Positions 32,376 through 45,585 of a DNA stretch of 64,000 nucleotides are shown piece after piece. The position numbers were made by a program, and so were the translations under genes. This DNA is from an uncultured Gemmatimonadaceae bacterium (GTDB lineage: Bacteria > Gemmatimonadota > Gemmatimonadetes > Gemmatimonadales > Gemmatimonadaceae). The stretch covers positions 960,001 to 1,024,000 of the forward strand of contig CAWHHI010000020.1 of assembly GCA_963829055.1 (NCBI GenBank), written 5' to 3'. Below the pieces are notes generated by a model that was not told where the DNA came from, did not search any database, and saw nothing but the letters and a program-made list of their open reading frames with translations. Position 1 is the stretch's first letter. Every line of letters begins with the position of its first letter.

Positions 32376-32798
32376 TTAGGCCCGCCGCAACGCTGCTAAT
32401 TCGGCGTCCGTCGGCGGACGCACCTTGAGCACCGTTTCCTTTCTGATCGTGACCGTTCCCGGCTTCGCGCCGCGCGGCTTGGAGACGTGACGTCCTTCGG
32501 TCATTGATACCGGGACGACCCCGCCCGTGCGCGCCTTGCTGTGGTAGGCCGCAATGCCAGCCGCGCGCTCGAGCGTCAGGCGATCCGGTGTGCGCTCGGC
32601 CGGAACGCGAAGCACGACGTGGCCGCCGGGCATGCCGCGGACGTGGAACCAGCGATCGTTCTGGCGCGCGAGCTTGAGGCTGACGTAGTCGTTGGCAGCG
32701 TCGGTCTTACCCGCGAATACGAGCCAGCCGTCGGGGAGCTCGTATTCGAGGATGCCAGCGGGGAGCGACCGGACCGGCGCATCAGGGTCGCTCATCAC
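32376..32798 (-). CDS. Stand-alone NFACT-R (DUF814) RNA-binding domain protein
   Basis: GKTDAANDY..DRWFHVRGMPGGHVV..AAGIAAYHSKAR..VSKPRGAKPGTV. Confidence 0.9.
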   Translation of the reverse strand: MMSDPDAPVRSLPAGILEYELPDGWLVFAGKTDAANDYVSLKLARQNDRWFHVRGMPGGHVVLRVPAERTPDRLTLERAAGIAAYHSKARTGGVVPVSMTEGRHVSKPRGAKPGTVTIRKETVLKVRPPTDAELAALRRA

Positions 32799-34218
32799 CC
32801 ACTGCTGGCAGCGCCACGCGGAATTCCGTGCGTCCGGGCACCGACTCCACGTCGATCAGCCCGTCGTTCTGATGGACGAGTCGCCTAACGATATCCAGCC
32901 CCAGCCCTGTCCCCTTCCCGATCGGCTTCGTCGTGAAGAAGGGGTCGAAGATCCGATTCTTCACATCCGCCGGAATGCCCGGCCCGTCATCGATGACGCT
33001 CACCACAACCTTGTGCCCTTCGGTTCGCGCCGTCACCGTCACTCTGCCGCCCTGGCTCACCGCGTCGAGCGCGTTGTCGACCAGATTCGCCCACACCTGA
33101 TTCAGCTCACCACCGAACCCGCGCACCCGGGGCAGGTCCGTCGGCAACTTCAGCGTCACGGAGACCGACTTGCCCCGTGCCTTCGCCGCCATCACCGCCA
33201 GCGTGTCGGTGAGTCCCTTCGCCACGTCCACCGGCTCCGGCGCGGTCGCGTGGTCCATGTACGTGAAGCCCTTCACCGCGCTCACGAGCGCGTGCACGCG
33301 CGACGCCGCCCGCTCGATGTCGCGCGCCAGCCCGCGAACCGTGCACCCCGCGGCCACCCAGCGCAGCGTCGCGCGCAACTTCTCGCCAGTGAGCGTGCCC
33401 GCCAGCTCGTCGAGCAGGTCCAACGTTACGTCCGTCTCGGCCAGCGACGCGGCGAACGTCTCATCCGCCTGGTGGCCCGCCAGCCAGTCGGCGATCGACT
33501 CCTCGCGGTCCGACCGCTCCAGCGGCGAGAGCACGCTCGTGACCGGCACCGCGAGGCACAGACCGCGTACACGGTCAGTCAGCGCTACTTCGTTAGGCTC
33601 GAGGTGCGCGGCCCCGAGCGCGCGCGATGCCTCTTCGAGCTCGACGAGAGACTCGGACACGAGCTGCGCACTGCGCGCCGCCGCCGACGCGGGGTTGTTC
33701 AGCTCGTGCGCCAGACCAGCGGCGAGCTTTCCGAGCGACGCCATCTTCTCCACCTGCAGGTCGCTCGACTTGAACGCGCGCACGCGGTCGACCATCACGT
33801 GCACGAGCGCCGCCGTCACGTTCGGACATTCGAAGGGCATTGCCGCCACGTCCGCGCGCGGAACGCAGAGGATCTCGGCCGTCTCGTCGATCACCGAGTT
33901 CCCCGGCGCCTTCGCCAGGCGCGAGTACGGGAGCTGTCCGGTCACGTCTCCGTCGCGCCAGTCCATCACCTTGCGCCAGGTGCCGCCCGGGTCGGTGAGA
34001 TGCGAGAGCCGCCCCTTGAGGATGACGAACAGCGCTTCCACCGGTTCGCCCTTCCGCGCGATCATCTCGCCCGGCTCGAAGGTCCGGACCGTGCCGTGCG
34101 CGACGAGCCACTCCAGCTCCGCGCGCGGCGCGGTCCCGACGGTCCGGTGCGCGGTGAGTCGCGTGAGCAGGTCGGAATCGTCCGTCGCGTTAGGTGCCTG
34201 CGCCAGCGGGTTGGTCAT
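32782..34218 (-). CDS. Sensor histidine kinase with N-terminal cNMP-binding-like domain
   Basis: EKMASLGKLAAGLAHELNNP; ELNQVWANLVDNA; DDGPGIP; IFDPFFTTK..GTGLGL. Confidence 0.93.
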   Translation of the reverse strand: MTNPLAQAPNATDDSDLLTRLTAHRTVGTAPRAELEWLVAHGTVRTFEPGEMIARKGEPVEALFVILKGRLSHLTDPGGTWRKVMDWRDGDVTGQLPYSRLAKAPGNSVIDETAEILCVPRADVAAMPFECPNVTAALVHVMVDRVRAFKSSDLQVEKMASLGKLAAGLAHELNNPASAAARSAQLVSESLVELEEASRALGAAHLEPNEVALTDRVRGLCLAVPVTSVLSPLERSDREESIADWLAGHQADETFAASLAETDVTLDLLDELAGTLTGEKLRATLRWVAAGCTVRGLARDIERAASRVHALVSAVKGFTYMDHATAPEPVDVAKGLTDTLAVMAAKARGKSVSVTLKLPTDLPRVRGFGGELNQVWANLVDNALDAVSQGGRVTVTARTEGHKVVVSVIDDGPGIPADVKNRIFDPFFTTKPIGKGTGLGLDIVRRLVHQNDGLIDVESVPGRTEFRVALPAVGDERP

Positions 34219-34222
34219 CGGA

Positions 34223-35885
34223 TCACACCGTCTGGAGATACTGGTGGATCATGCTCACAGTCGCCGACCCTTCGCCGACGGCCGCTGCCACGCGCTTGCC
34301 AGAGCCGTAGCGTGCGTCTCCGGCGCAGAAGATTCCCGGCACGTTCGTCTCGAAGAGAAACGGGTCACGCGTGGCCGTCCAGCCGGGCGGGCGTCGTCCC
34401 TCGACCATCACATCGCGGCCCGTGAGGACGAAGCCCTGCTCGTCGCGCATCACGAGGTCTGCACACATGGCCGTACGCGGCGTCATGCCGATGAAGATGA
34501 ACATCGCCGTCGCAGTCAACTCCTGCTCCTCGCCGCTCACGGCATTCTTCACCGTCACCGCTTCGAGCCGGCCGTCACCGCGCGCGCCCGCCACGCTCGT
34601 GTTCAGGAGCACTTCGACGTTAGGCGTCTCGGCGATGCGATCCACGAGGTACCGGGACATGCCGGCCGAGAGGTCGGACCCGCGCACGAGCATCGTCACC
34701 TTGCGCGCGTGGCGGGAGAAGAACATCGCGCCCTGGCCCGCCGAATTCGCCGCGCCGACGATGATCACGTCCTTGCCGCGACACGACGACGCCTCGGTGA
34801 GCGCCGCGCCGTAGTACACGCCCACGCCTAACAACGCCTCGACGCCCGGCGTCTCGAGGCGCCGCACCTCCATGCCCGGCGCGATCAGGACCGCGTAGCC
34901 GTTCAGCTCCGCGCCGTCGGAGAGCATCACCTTCCGATAGGGATCGTCGCGCTTGATCTGCACCGCTTCCTGCGCCGTGATGATCTCGGCGCCGAAGCGC
35001 TTGGCCTGCGTCGCCGCGCGCCGCGCGAGGTCCGAGCCGGTGATGCCGGACGGAAAGCCCAGGTAGTTCTCGATGTTCGAGCTGGTGCCCGCCTGCCCAC
35101 CGGGCGCGCTCTGCTCGATGAGGATCGTGCGCAGTCCCTCCGACGCGCCGTACACCGCGGCGGCGAGCCCGGCCGGTCCGCCGCCAACCACGATCAGGTC
35201 GTAGAACGGCTTCTGCGCGCGCGTCTGCATCCCGAGCTTCTCGGCCAGCTCGCGCGTGGTAGGCTGCACGAGCGTGTCCCCGTCGGGGAAGAACACCAGC
35301 GGAAGTCGGGTGACGCCGCCGACCGCGCCCGACAGGAGCTCGCGGACGGTCGCCTCGTCATCCACGTCGAGCCACTGGTACGGCACCTGGTTCGACGCCA
35401 GGAAGTCCTTCACCGCGAAGCTGGCCGATGAGTACGCGGTGCCCGCCAAACGGATCCCGTCGAACGACGGTCGAGCACGCGCGAACCAGTCCGAGAGCAG
35501 ATCGTCGAGCACCGGATAGAGCTTCGAGCTCGGTGGCTCCCACGGCTTGAGGATGTAGTGGTCGAGCCCGATCTGGTTGATCGCGGTGATCGCCGTCTCC
35601 GTGTCGGCGTAGGCGGTGAGCAGCACGCGACGCGCGTCGGGGTAGATCTTGATGGCTTCGGCGAGGAACTGCGTGCCGGTCATCTCCGGCATGCGTTCGT
35701 CCACGAGAAAGAGCGCGACCTGGGCGCCGCGACTGCTTCAACTGGCGCACCGCGTCGAGCGCTTGCGCGCCCGAGGACGCCTTCACGACGCGGTAGTCGG
35801 CGCGATAGTGCGATCGGAGGTCGCGTTCGACGGCGTTCAGGACCTCGGGGTCGTCGTCGACGGTCAATAGGACAGGCTTCGTCAT
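34223..35885 (-). CDS. Response-regulator receiver fused to a thioredoxin-reductase-like FAD oxidoreductase; frameshift at ~35730
   Basis: LLTVDDDPEVL..DERMP..LTAY..KPW; GGGPAGLAAAVY; IENYLGFP; GAANSAGQ; ETNVPGIFCAGD. Confidence 0.9.
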
Positions 35886-35925
35886 CGTCTCGATGATAGC
35901 GCCTCAGTCAATGGCTCACGGGCGA

Positions 35926-38472
35926 TCACGGAGTGCGTATGGTCCGCACTCCAAAGACGGGGACGACCCGCCCACTGGGCCCCGCCTGGAAGCGAACCGT
36001 GACCTTGCGCTTCCCCCGCGAGAGCGACGCCGGCACCGGGTACTGCGCGTCGTAGTAGCCGATGGCGTCCGCGTTAGGCTCGTAGCGTCCGACCGGCGTG
36101 CCGTCCACGAGAATCTGAAAGTCGGCCGCTGACGGTGGCAGGCCGGGCTCGTTCAGGTACGTGACGACCACCACCATGTCCGTCGCGGGATCTGTGGGAA
36201 GATCCCACGAGAACCAGCCGCGGCCTCCCCGGCTCGTACGCCCTTCGGCGTTCCCAACGGGACGATCCGCGGGATCGCTCTGGTAGTTGAATTCGCGGTC
36301 GGACTGCACGTCACCCGACCTAACGAATCCAACCGTGGCCGCCTCCATGCGCCTCACCCGCTCCTGCTCGGCCGCGAGCGCCGCCACCTTCGCGTCGAAC
36401 TCCGGCGGTGTCACGACGTCGAAGTAGATGCTGTAGCGACGCCGGTGTGTGCGGTAGAACGGGGTGAGCGCGACGTCCGTCGACCGCGCCGGATCAGCGG
36501 CCGTGCGCGCGACTCCCTGCACGCGGAAGTCGCCGCTGCGTGAACCCGCGGGCACCAGCCATTCTTCCAGCCGTCGGTCAGCGGCGACGAGCATGGGGAC
36601 TGGAGGAGGAGCCGGTGGCACCGTTGCGGCGCCGTCGGCCGTCTTCCCTTCCCCCTCGACGCGCGGGCCGTGATCGCCGGCCAAGGCGAGCGGACCCCAC
36701 ATGATCGCGGACACCGACGTGTCGTCCGCGCGTCGGCTCGAGACGCAGCGATTTGCGGAACGTGATCTCCACCGTGTCGCCGGACTTCCACGTTCGCCGA
36801 AGCTCGACGTAGCTGCTCGGCTGCGGCGTCACGCGGTCGATCGGCGCATCGCGACCACCGGCGGCTCCGGCGCGGAGACTGGCGAGTCGAGGCTGGTCCA
36901 CCGCTGCGCCGTTGACCCTGACGCCCCAGTCGTCACCGGCCCAACTCGGCCTGCGAATGGCGAGCGTGAACTCTGTTGGCTTGACCATGGCCAGGCGCAA
37001 CGTCGCCGATTCCCCTTCGGGGAACGTCGTGTCCTGAGTGAGCTTGACACCGCCTAACGTGAACTCCGCCGTCGACGGCACGAACAGGTTCACCCAGATC
37101 GTGTCGCTCGACTCGTAGTAGATCCCGTCGCCGTGAAGGCCATGGCTCTCCATGCCCGTGCCCACGCAGCACGTGAAGTCCTCGAGCATGTCCTGGTATT
37201 CCTGCTGCACGCCGCGCCCGACCGGCACCATGTACGACGTGCGTCCGCTGTCGGGGTCGATCGAGGCGAGGATGTGATTGAACAGCACGCGCTCGTGGAA
37301 GTCGGCGTAGAACGCGTCCGGCCGATACGAGAACAGCCGGCGACTGAGCTTGCGCATGTTGTACGCGTTGCACGTCTCGCACGCGCGTCCGTCGACGCGT
37401 TTGCTCAGCTGATCCGGTGGTCCGAAGTACTCCGACGAGACCGTGGCCGCCCGTCGCGTAGCTGTGGTGCTGCACCACGCGATCCCAGAAGAACGTCGCC
37501 GCGAGCAGGTCGCCCGGATCGCCCGTGTAGCCGTAGCGCGCCGCCGACCCGATCAGCTTCGGAATCTGACAGTTGCCGTGCTTGCCGTTGAGGTTGTCCT
37601 GATGGCGCTTGAGCGCGTCGGTGAACTCGTGATGCTCGAAGCGATACGAGAGCGCGAGCCAGCGACGCTCGCCGGTGTCGGCGTAGAGATCGGCCAGCAC
37701 TTCGTTCATGCCGCCATGCTCGGTGTTGAGCATGCGCGCGACCTGCTCGTCGTTGAGCGGCGCGAGCACGCCCTCGGCCCATCCGGCGAACTTTCGCTCG
37801 ACGTCGAGCGCCGTGCGATTGCCCGTGTAGCGATAGCGCGTCGCGCAGTCCGGCGAACGTCTTGTGCAGCGTGTACCACGGCGACCAGAGGCCGTTGAGG
37901 TCGAAGGCGGCGGAGCGGATCTCGCCCTTGGACACCTCGGCGAATGCTTCGCGTCCGCGTCTCGAGCGCGCTGAGATACCCGTCGCCGTGCTTGTCCTGC
38001 ACTTCCTTCAGCTCGGCGACGAGATAGTCGGCGCGCTGCTTGAAGCGCGCGTCGCCGGTCGTCGCGGTACATGATGCTCACCGCGGACAGGTGATGACCC
38101 GCGACGTGTCCCGTCAGGTTCTTCCCGGGCGCCGTCCCATCCGCCGTACGGCTCGGCCTTCGGCGTCAGTCCGGCGCGCGTGCGGTAGAACGCCATCATG
38201 CGATCGGGCTCGAGTGACAGCAGGTATTTCGCCGTGACGTCCTGCGCGCGCTTGAGCGGGCCGCCGGTGACGCGAACACGCTCGAGCGGGAGTGGTCGAG
38301 CGCGCACCATGCGTGCTTCGAACGCGCGAATGGCCGCGGGGTCGTCCACCGCGCGCGTCGCCGGAATGGACTCGAGCGCTTCTGCCGCCGGATGGCTCGT
38401 GAGCGGAGCGAGCGTCAGTGCGGCGGCCGCTGATGCGGAGCGTTCGAGGAAATCGCGTCGAGTCGAGGACAT
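35926..38472 (-). CDS. GH127 (beta-L-arabinofuranosidase-like) glycoside hydrolase with Tat signal; multiple frameshifts
   Basis: TRRDFL Tat motif; YLLSLEPDRM, PWYTLHK, EHGGMNE, H.N.QIPK, NHILAS, FTCCVGTGMESH; shifts at about 38130, 38070, 37960, 37840, 37440 and 36720. Confidence 0.88.
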
Positions 38473-38501
38473 GGTCGCGAACCGAGGCAGTTGGCGTTTA
38501 G

Positions 38502-38600
38502 GTCATCCCGAGCAACAGCGAGGGATCTTGTATGATGTCATCGTGGACAGTCCGGCCACGAGTACTTCACAGAAGATCCCTCGCTGACGCTCGGGATGAC
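38502..38600. repeat. REP-like palindrome GTCATCCCGAGC..GCGAGGGATCT...AGATCCCTCGC..GCTCGGGATGAC
   Basis: Intergenic inverted repeat; variant of the 27610/58668 family. Confidence 0.85.
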
Positions 38601-38612
38601 AACTTCCTCCTG

Positions 38613-39986
38613 TCAGCCTTTCAGTATGGCCAGGGCCTTCTCGACGCCCGCGTCGCGACCCGTCGCGCGCGCCGCCGGCGTGAAGCTCTCGACGGCGACG
38701 TCCGGCGGGATCCCGACGTTGTCATAGGTCTTCCCGTTCGTCACGAACCGCTCGTTCGCCAGGCCGAAGCTCCAGCCGTTAGGCAGCGTGCGGCCGAGCA
38801 CGTCGGAGAATACGCCCTGCGTGGTCTCGCCGACACGAATGACCTTCGGCGTCCGGTTCATCAGCGCCTGCGTGAACGTCTCCGCTGCGCTGATACTCTG
38901 AATGCCGATCAGCTCCACGACGGGTCCCAGGAAGCTCGGCCGCGTACTCGGCTGCACGACCGACGGCTGTTCCTCCGACCATCGCGTGGCATCGACCGGG
39001 TCGCTCCGTGCCTGCTTCACGTATGCGGTGTACGGAGTCGACGTTAGGCGCCGAGCGATCGCGATGCCGTACGGGTCGGCGCCGCCGCCGTTCAGCCGGA
39101 CGTCGATCACCAGGCCCTTCCACGACTTTGCGTTCGCGAACGCCGTGTCCAGCGCCGCCTCGAGCGCGGCGAGGCCAGTCTCGAACGCGCCGTCCTTCGA
39201 GTAGCGGTTGAAGCTACGGATCCGCAGGTACCCGACGTCGGCACCGAGCATCCCGAACTCCACCTGGCCTTCGCAGAAGCGCTGGAGCGGTCCCGTCAGG
39301 TGCGCGGAGACGAGTGCGTAGCCCTTGTCCCGGTCGTCCCGCTCGAGAAAGCTCGGAGACTGTCGCGTGCCGCCGAACCCGCGCTTGATCGATCGCGCCC
39401 CGATGTACGAGTGCGCGTCCTTCAGTGGCGCGATCATGCCGGAGAGAATGTCGAACAGCTGGTCGGGCGTTGTCGTGTCGGTCACGCGCGATCTGTTCGC
39501 CGCGACGACAGCGGGCCAGTCCACGTTCTTCTCGCGGAAGAACCCGTACTGCTCCGCCCACGTCTGCGCGAACACGTCGAAGTTCGAGAGCGGCGTGTCG
39601 GGCGTGGGTTTGTCGCAGACAGCGGGCTTCCGACCGATCCGATGGACGATCATGTCCGACGCGGCGAACGCGACGTGTACGCGCCCATCTGTCGCCGACT
39701 TCCCGGGAAGGAAGAGGAACGTGACGGGCGCGTCAGGCATCCTGAACGCAGTCAACGCGCCCGCTGGCGGTGCGACCGTTGGCGCACGCATCGCGGGGAT
39801 GCACGAGACCTTCGTCACCTCGAAAGTCGCGACGCTATCGGCGCGAACGTCCAGGACGAGTCCGTAGCCTTCGGTAGCCCATAGTCCGACGGCTGATGTG
39901 GGTTGCTGCGCGTGGATCGCGCTCGAAACGCCGAGGGCGGCGACGCCGAGCCCGATTCGACAGGAGCGATGCATAACGACGCTCAT
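38613..39986 (-). CDS. S41 family peptidase
   Basis: VGYLRI, LVIDVRLNGGG, SISAAETF, GETTQGVFSD, GIPPDV; ATG overlaps the upstream stop (ATGA). Confidence 0.9.
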   Translation of the reverse strand: MSVVMHRSCRIGLGVAALGVSSAIHAQQPTSAVGLWATEGYGLVLDVRADSVATFEVTKVSCIPAMRAPTVAPPAGALTAFRMPDAPVTFLFLPGKSATDGRVHVAFAASDMIVHRIGRKPAVCDKPTPDTPLSNFDVFAQTWAEQYGFFREKNVDWPAVVAANRSRVTDTTTPDQLFDILSGMIAPLKDAHSYIGARSIKRGFGGTRQSPSFLERDDRDKGYALVSAHLTGPLQRFCEGQVEFGMLGADVGYLRIRSFNRYSKDGAFETGLAALEAALDTAFANAKSWKGLVIDVRLNGGGADPYGIAIARRLTSTPYTAYVKQARSDPVDATRWSEEQPSVVQPSTRPSFLGPVVELIGIQSISAAETFTQALMNRTPKVIRVGETTQGVFSDVLGRTLPNGWSFGLANERFVTNGKTYDNVGIPPDVAVESFTPAARATGRDAGVEKALAILKG

Positions 39987-41392
39987 TTGACCGGCGCTCG
40001 CACCGGACGTCCCGGACGCGCCGCGGTAACCTTCCCGCCGTCGACGACGACCTGGCCGCCGACGATCACGAACGGAATGCCCGCGGACGGAATCGTGGCA
40101 TCCTCGTATGTCGATCGGTCGATCACGGTTGCGGGATCGAAGATCGTCAGATCGGCGTCGGCGCCGACGCTCAAGCGTCCCTTCGTCGCCATGGACGGGA
40201 CACGTCCCTCGAGCCGACGCGCTGGCTCGATCGTCATCTTCCGCAACGCGTCCATCAGTGTGAGCCCATGTTCCTCGCGGACGTACTTGCCGAGCACCTT
40301 GGCGAAGGTGCCGGACGTGCGTGGGTGACCGCGCCCATTCTCGATGAAGCCGTCGCTCGCGATCATCGTCAGCGGACTCACGATCGCCTGGCGCGTCTGC
40401 TCCTCGGGTCGCCCGTGGATGATCACCGTGCCGCCCTTGGCGCGCGCCTGCTCGAACGTCTTGCGCGTTAGGCGCTCGCCGGTCGAGACCAGCTGGTGCA
40501 GCGCGAACTTCTCGTCGGGCCACGTCTTCCAGTCGTCGAACAGCGCGGACTGGATCGACGTCATCCCGGCACCGTACGGGTAGGCTTCCGTCGTCACGTC
40601 CTGCCCGCGGTCGCGCGCCGCCTGGATGTGCGCGAGGAACGTGGGGAGGTTCGTGTTGCCCGCGACCGAGTTGATGTGCACGATGTGCAGCTTCGCGCCA
40701 GCGGCTTTCGCCGCCGCGATGGTCGAGTCGAGTCCCGGCAATCCGTTGCGGATGTGGATGTGCGCGGACGCGTTGCCCTGCGCCGCGACCTTGAACATGC
40801 GCTGGATCTCGTCCATCGACGCTCCGGGCGTGTACGCGCTCCCGAGGCCGACCGCAACGGCACCCTCCGCGAGCCCTTTTCGCAGCATTGCCTCCATCTG
40901 CGCGACCTGCGCTTCGGTCGCCTTCCCGCTTCCGCCGACACCGGCGGGGAGAATGTTCGTGCTCGGATCGCCGAGCACTTTCATGCGCGCGCCGATGTGC
41001 CCGACGGCCGCGCCGTAGTTGACGATCTGGCCCGCGGCGTGGTCCGCGTAGAATTTCGCGACGTCGGGGACGCCGACCTCCAGCTCGAGCGCGGTGGTGA
41101 CGCCGTCGCGCACCATCATGCGGTAGGCCTCCTCGCTCTGCCCGTGCTCGTGCAGGTCGATGAAGCCGGGCGCGACGACGTGGTTCTTCGCGTCGATGAC
41201 TCGCTTGGCCGTGAGTGGCTTGTCGGACACCACCGCAATGCGGCCGCCGGTGATGCCGATGTTGCGAACGGCGTCGAGTCTGGATGCGGGGTCGATGACG
41301 CGCCCGTTGGCTACAACGAGGTCGTACGTCGTCTGCCCACCGGCGACGCCAGCGACTGAGACGATCAAAGCCATCGAGACGATCCAGCGCAT
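39983..41392 (-). CDS. Amidohydrolase (D-aminoacylase/D-glutamate deacylase-like)
   Basis: APGFIDLHEH, DGVTTALELEVG, EAYPY, ASDG..HPR..GTF, GADAD.TIFDP; GAGG RBS. Confidence 0.92.
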   Translation of the reverse strand: MRWIVSMALIVSVAGVAGGQTTYDLVVANGRVIDPASRLDAVRNIGITGGRIAVVSDKPLTAKRVIDAKNHVVAPGFIDLHEHGQSEEAYRMMVRDGVTTALELEVGVPDVAKFYADHAAGQIVNYGAAVGHIGARMKVLGDPSTNILPAGVGGSGKATEAQVAQMEAMLRKGLAEGAVAVGLGSAYTPGASMDEIQRMFKVAAQGNASAHIHIRNGLPGLDSTIAAAKAAGAKLHIVHINSVAGNTNLPTFLAHIQAARDRGQDVTTEAYPYGAGMTSIQSALFDDWKTWPDEKFALHQLVSTGERLTRKTFEQARAKGGTVIIHGRPEEQTRQAIVSPLTMIASDGFIENGRGHPRTSGTFAKVLGKYVREEHGLTLMDALRKMTIEPARRLEGRVPSMATKGRLSVGADADLTIFDPATVIDRSTYEDATIPSAGIPFVIVGGQVVVDGGKVTAARPGRPVRAPVK

Positions 41393-41490
41393 TGATTCCT
41401 CCAGCGGCGTTGAAATCGAGAGAGCCGAGCAGCGTGCGAGCAGCGTGCGAGGTGTGAGCACCATCATACGACCAAAGCGGCACACGATGA

Positions 41491-41522
41491 AAGCGGCGCT
41501 ACCCAACCGGGTAGCGCCGCTT
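41491..41522 (-). terminator. Probable intrinsic terminator downstream of the Mn-catalase gene
   Basis: AAGCGGCGCTACCC-N4-GGGTAGCGCCGCTT, a 14-bp perfect stem. Confidence 0.75.
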
Positions 41523-41567
41523 CATCACCGCGTGGCCACGCAGGCTCGCGCGGTTTACTCGCGCGGT

Positions 41568-42462
41568 TTACGTGAACAGTTTCTTCGCAATGTCCTTGAA
41601 CATCTCCGAATCGATGTCCGGGCCTAACGGCGCCGTGAGCTGCGGCTCCGCGGGGAGATCCGGTGGCGTGAAGCCTTCGGGCGGACCGTCCTGCACTTCC
41701 AGCGGCTTACCGTCCTCGGGGTGCTTGCCGGTCCAGATCTCGGCGATCTCCTTGTAGTCGTCGGGACTGAAGCGGTAGAGGATGCGGTGCAGGCCCTTCT
41801 CCTCGTGCTTCCGCGCCTCCGGGAATCGCTTGTTGCTGATGTCGGGAATCGGGAGGAGCTTGCCGACGTCGGCGCCGGTCAGCTTCTCGAGCGCCTTGGC
41901 GTAGGCGACGATGTGCACGCCGCCGCGCACGAGCAGGTAGCCGACCATCGCGCGCGACGGTCGTCGTCGCACATCTCGTAGACGCGGATCTTGTTCGCGC
42001 GCGCACCGCACTCGAGGAAGAAGTTGTGCAGCAGGTCGAGCTTGAGGTTGCCGCTGGAGAAGACGTACGTGCCGTTCCAGGGATTCCCCTGCGAGTCGAC
42101 CGGCAGCGCCGACTGCCCGCTGGCGATGAAGTGGTAGGTGTTGCGCGCATCGACCGCATCCGCCAGCGGCGTCACCGACGGGTCGGTGCCACGCTTGGTC
42201 GAGCCGGTCAGCAGCAGGTTGATCGCGTACGAGACCGCTTCGATGTGGCGAACTCCTCGGCCGCGATGTTGGCGATCAGGTCGTAGAACGGACGCATCTG
42301 ACTTCGCCCGCGGAAGTTGAACGACTGGAACGTGTAGTTCATCAGCGTCGACATCTCGCCGAACTTGCCGCCGAGCAGTTCCTGAACCGCGGCAGCCGAG
42401 TTCGGCGATGCGTGCTTCGGCATTGGGAGGTCGACGGCGAGCTTGTCAAATCGTTGAATCAT
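41568..42462 (-). CDS. Manganese catalase family protein; frameshifts at ~42250 and ~41960
   Basis: QELLGGKFGEMSTLMNYTFQSF..IAAEE..GNPW.G.YV..SGNL.LDL.HN..E..YLLVRGGVH..AY.KALE. Confidence 0.9.
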
Positions 42463-42749
42463 GAGACTCCAGGGCTGGCGTTGCTCGGCACGCCCGACGG
42501 ACGCGCTACGGACTCGATGCGTGTCATCGAGTGGGGCGCTCTGGCGAGCAATGCGCGTGCCCGCGGCGGCCCTCGCGCTCGATGCTCGGCGCAATGGACA
42601 ACCCGTTAGGCAACGCGCGTACGAACTGTACGGACCGTGCCACTGGCCCATCGTTTCAGCTCGCTTGCCGCAACACCGCCGTCGCCTATGTTGAGCAGCG
42701 TCGCGATGGTCCAGCCCGCCGCGTTACCTACGCTGTACCTTGGAGCCAG

Positions 42750-43520
42750 ATGGGTCGTTGTCGTGCACTGATCATCGTCCTGGCATCAGCACACCTGCTC
42801 CCGCCGCCGGTCGATCTCCGTGCCGCGCGCGATCGCGCCCAGGCGCCTTTCTCTCCGGTCTGCCGCGACACCGCGTCGAGCAACACCAGCGCTCGCGGCA
42901 GAGCGTACGATGAGCTGACCGCCGAGCAGAGGCGGGTGTTCGACGCGCGCAACCAGGTCTTCGTCCGTCGAGACGTCCCCGGATCACCATGGCCCGCGGT
43001 CGTCGTGTACCAGTACGTCGCCGCTACTCCGGAAGCGGCAGCGGCGGTGTTCGTCGACTACGACTTGCACCGCACGTACATCCCGGGGGTAAAGCAGTCG
43101 CGAGTATCCGCCGTTGTAAATCCAACGACGGTGGAGGTGGACTACGTCGTGAGCGTCCCCGTCGTCTCCGACGAGCGGTACACGGTCCGGAATCATCTCT
43201 GCACGTACCACGGAGGCGAGAGCTACGCAGTCGAGTGGACGCTCGTACGCGCCAGCTCGACGAAAGCGACGACCGGACACGCGCGGTTCGAGCCGCATCT
43301 CGACCCATCACGCAACGAACGCGGGACGGTAATGGTGTATTCGAATTTCGTGACGCCTGGATCCAGCCTGGCTGGCCTCGGCATGATCAAGACGCGGGCG
43401 TTGGAGCAGATGCGAGAGACCGCGTCGGCCCTGGTGCGGCGCATCGAGGCGGAGCGGTCGACTGATCCGGCACTCCTCGAGAAACAGATCGACGCCCTGC
43501 GCGCCGCCCTCAAGCGTTAG
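42750..43520 (+). CDS. SRPBCC/START-like domain protein
   Basis: GGAG RBS; VAATPEAAAAVFVDY..YIPGVKQSRV..W.LV..G..RFEP. Confidence 0.7.
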   Translation: MGRCRALIIVLASAHLLPPPVDLRAARDRAQAPFSPVCRDTASSNTSARGRAYDELTAEQRRVFDARNQVFVRRDVPGSPWPAVVVYQYVAATPEAAAAVFVDYDLHRTYIPGVKQSRVSAVVNPTTVEVDYVVSVPVVSDERYTVRNHLCTYHGGESYAVEWTLVRASSTKATTGHARFEPHLDPSRNERGTVMVYSNFVTPGSSLAGLGMIKTRALEQMRETASALVRRIEAERSTDPALLEKQIDALRAALKR

Positions 43521-43556
43521 GCGCCACTCGACCCGTTTTCGCGAAGGCACCGCGCC

Positions 43557-45572
<2,016 letters not shown>

Positions 45573-45585
45573 CGCTGGCAGCAGG

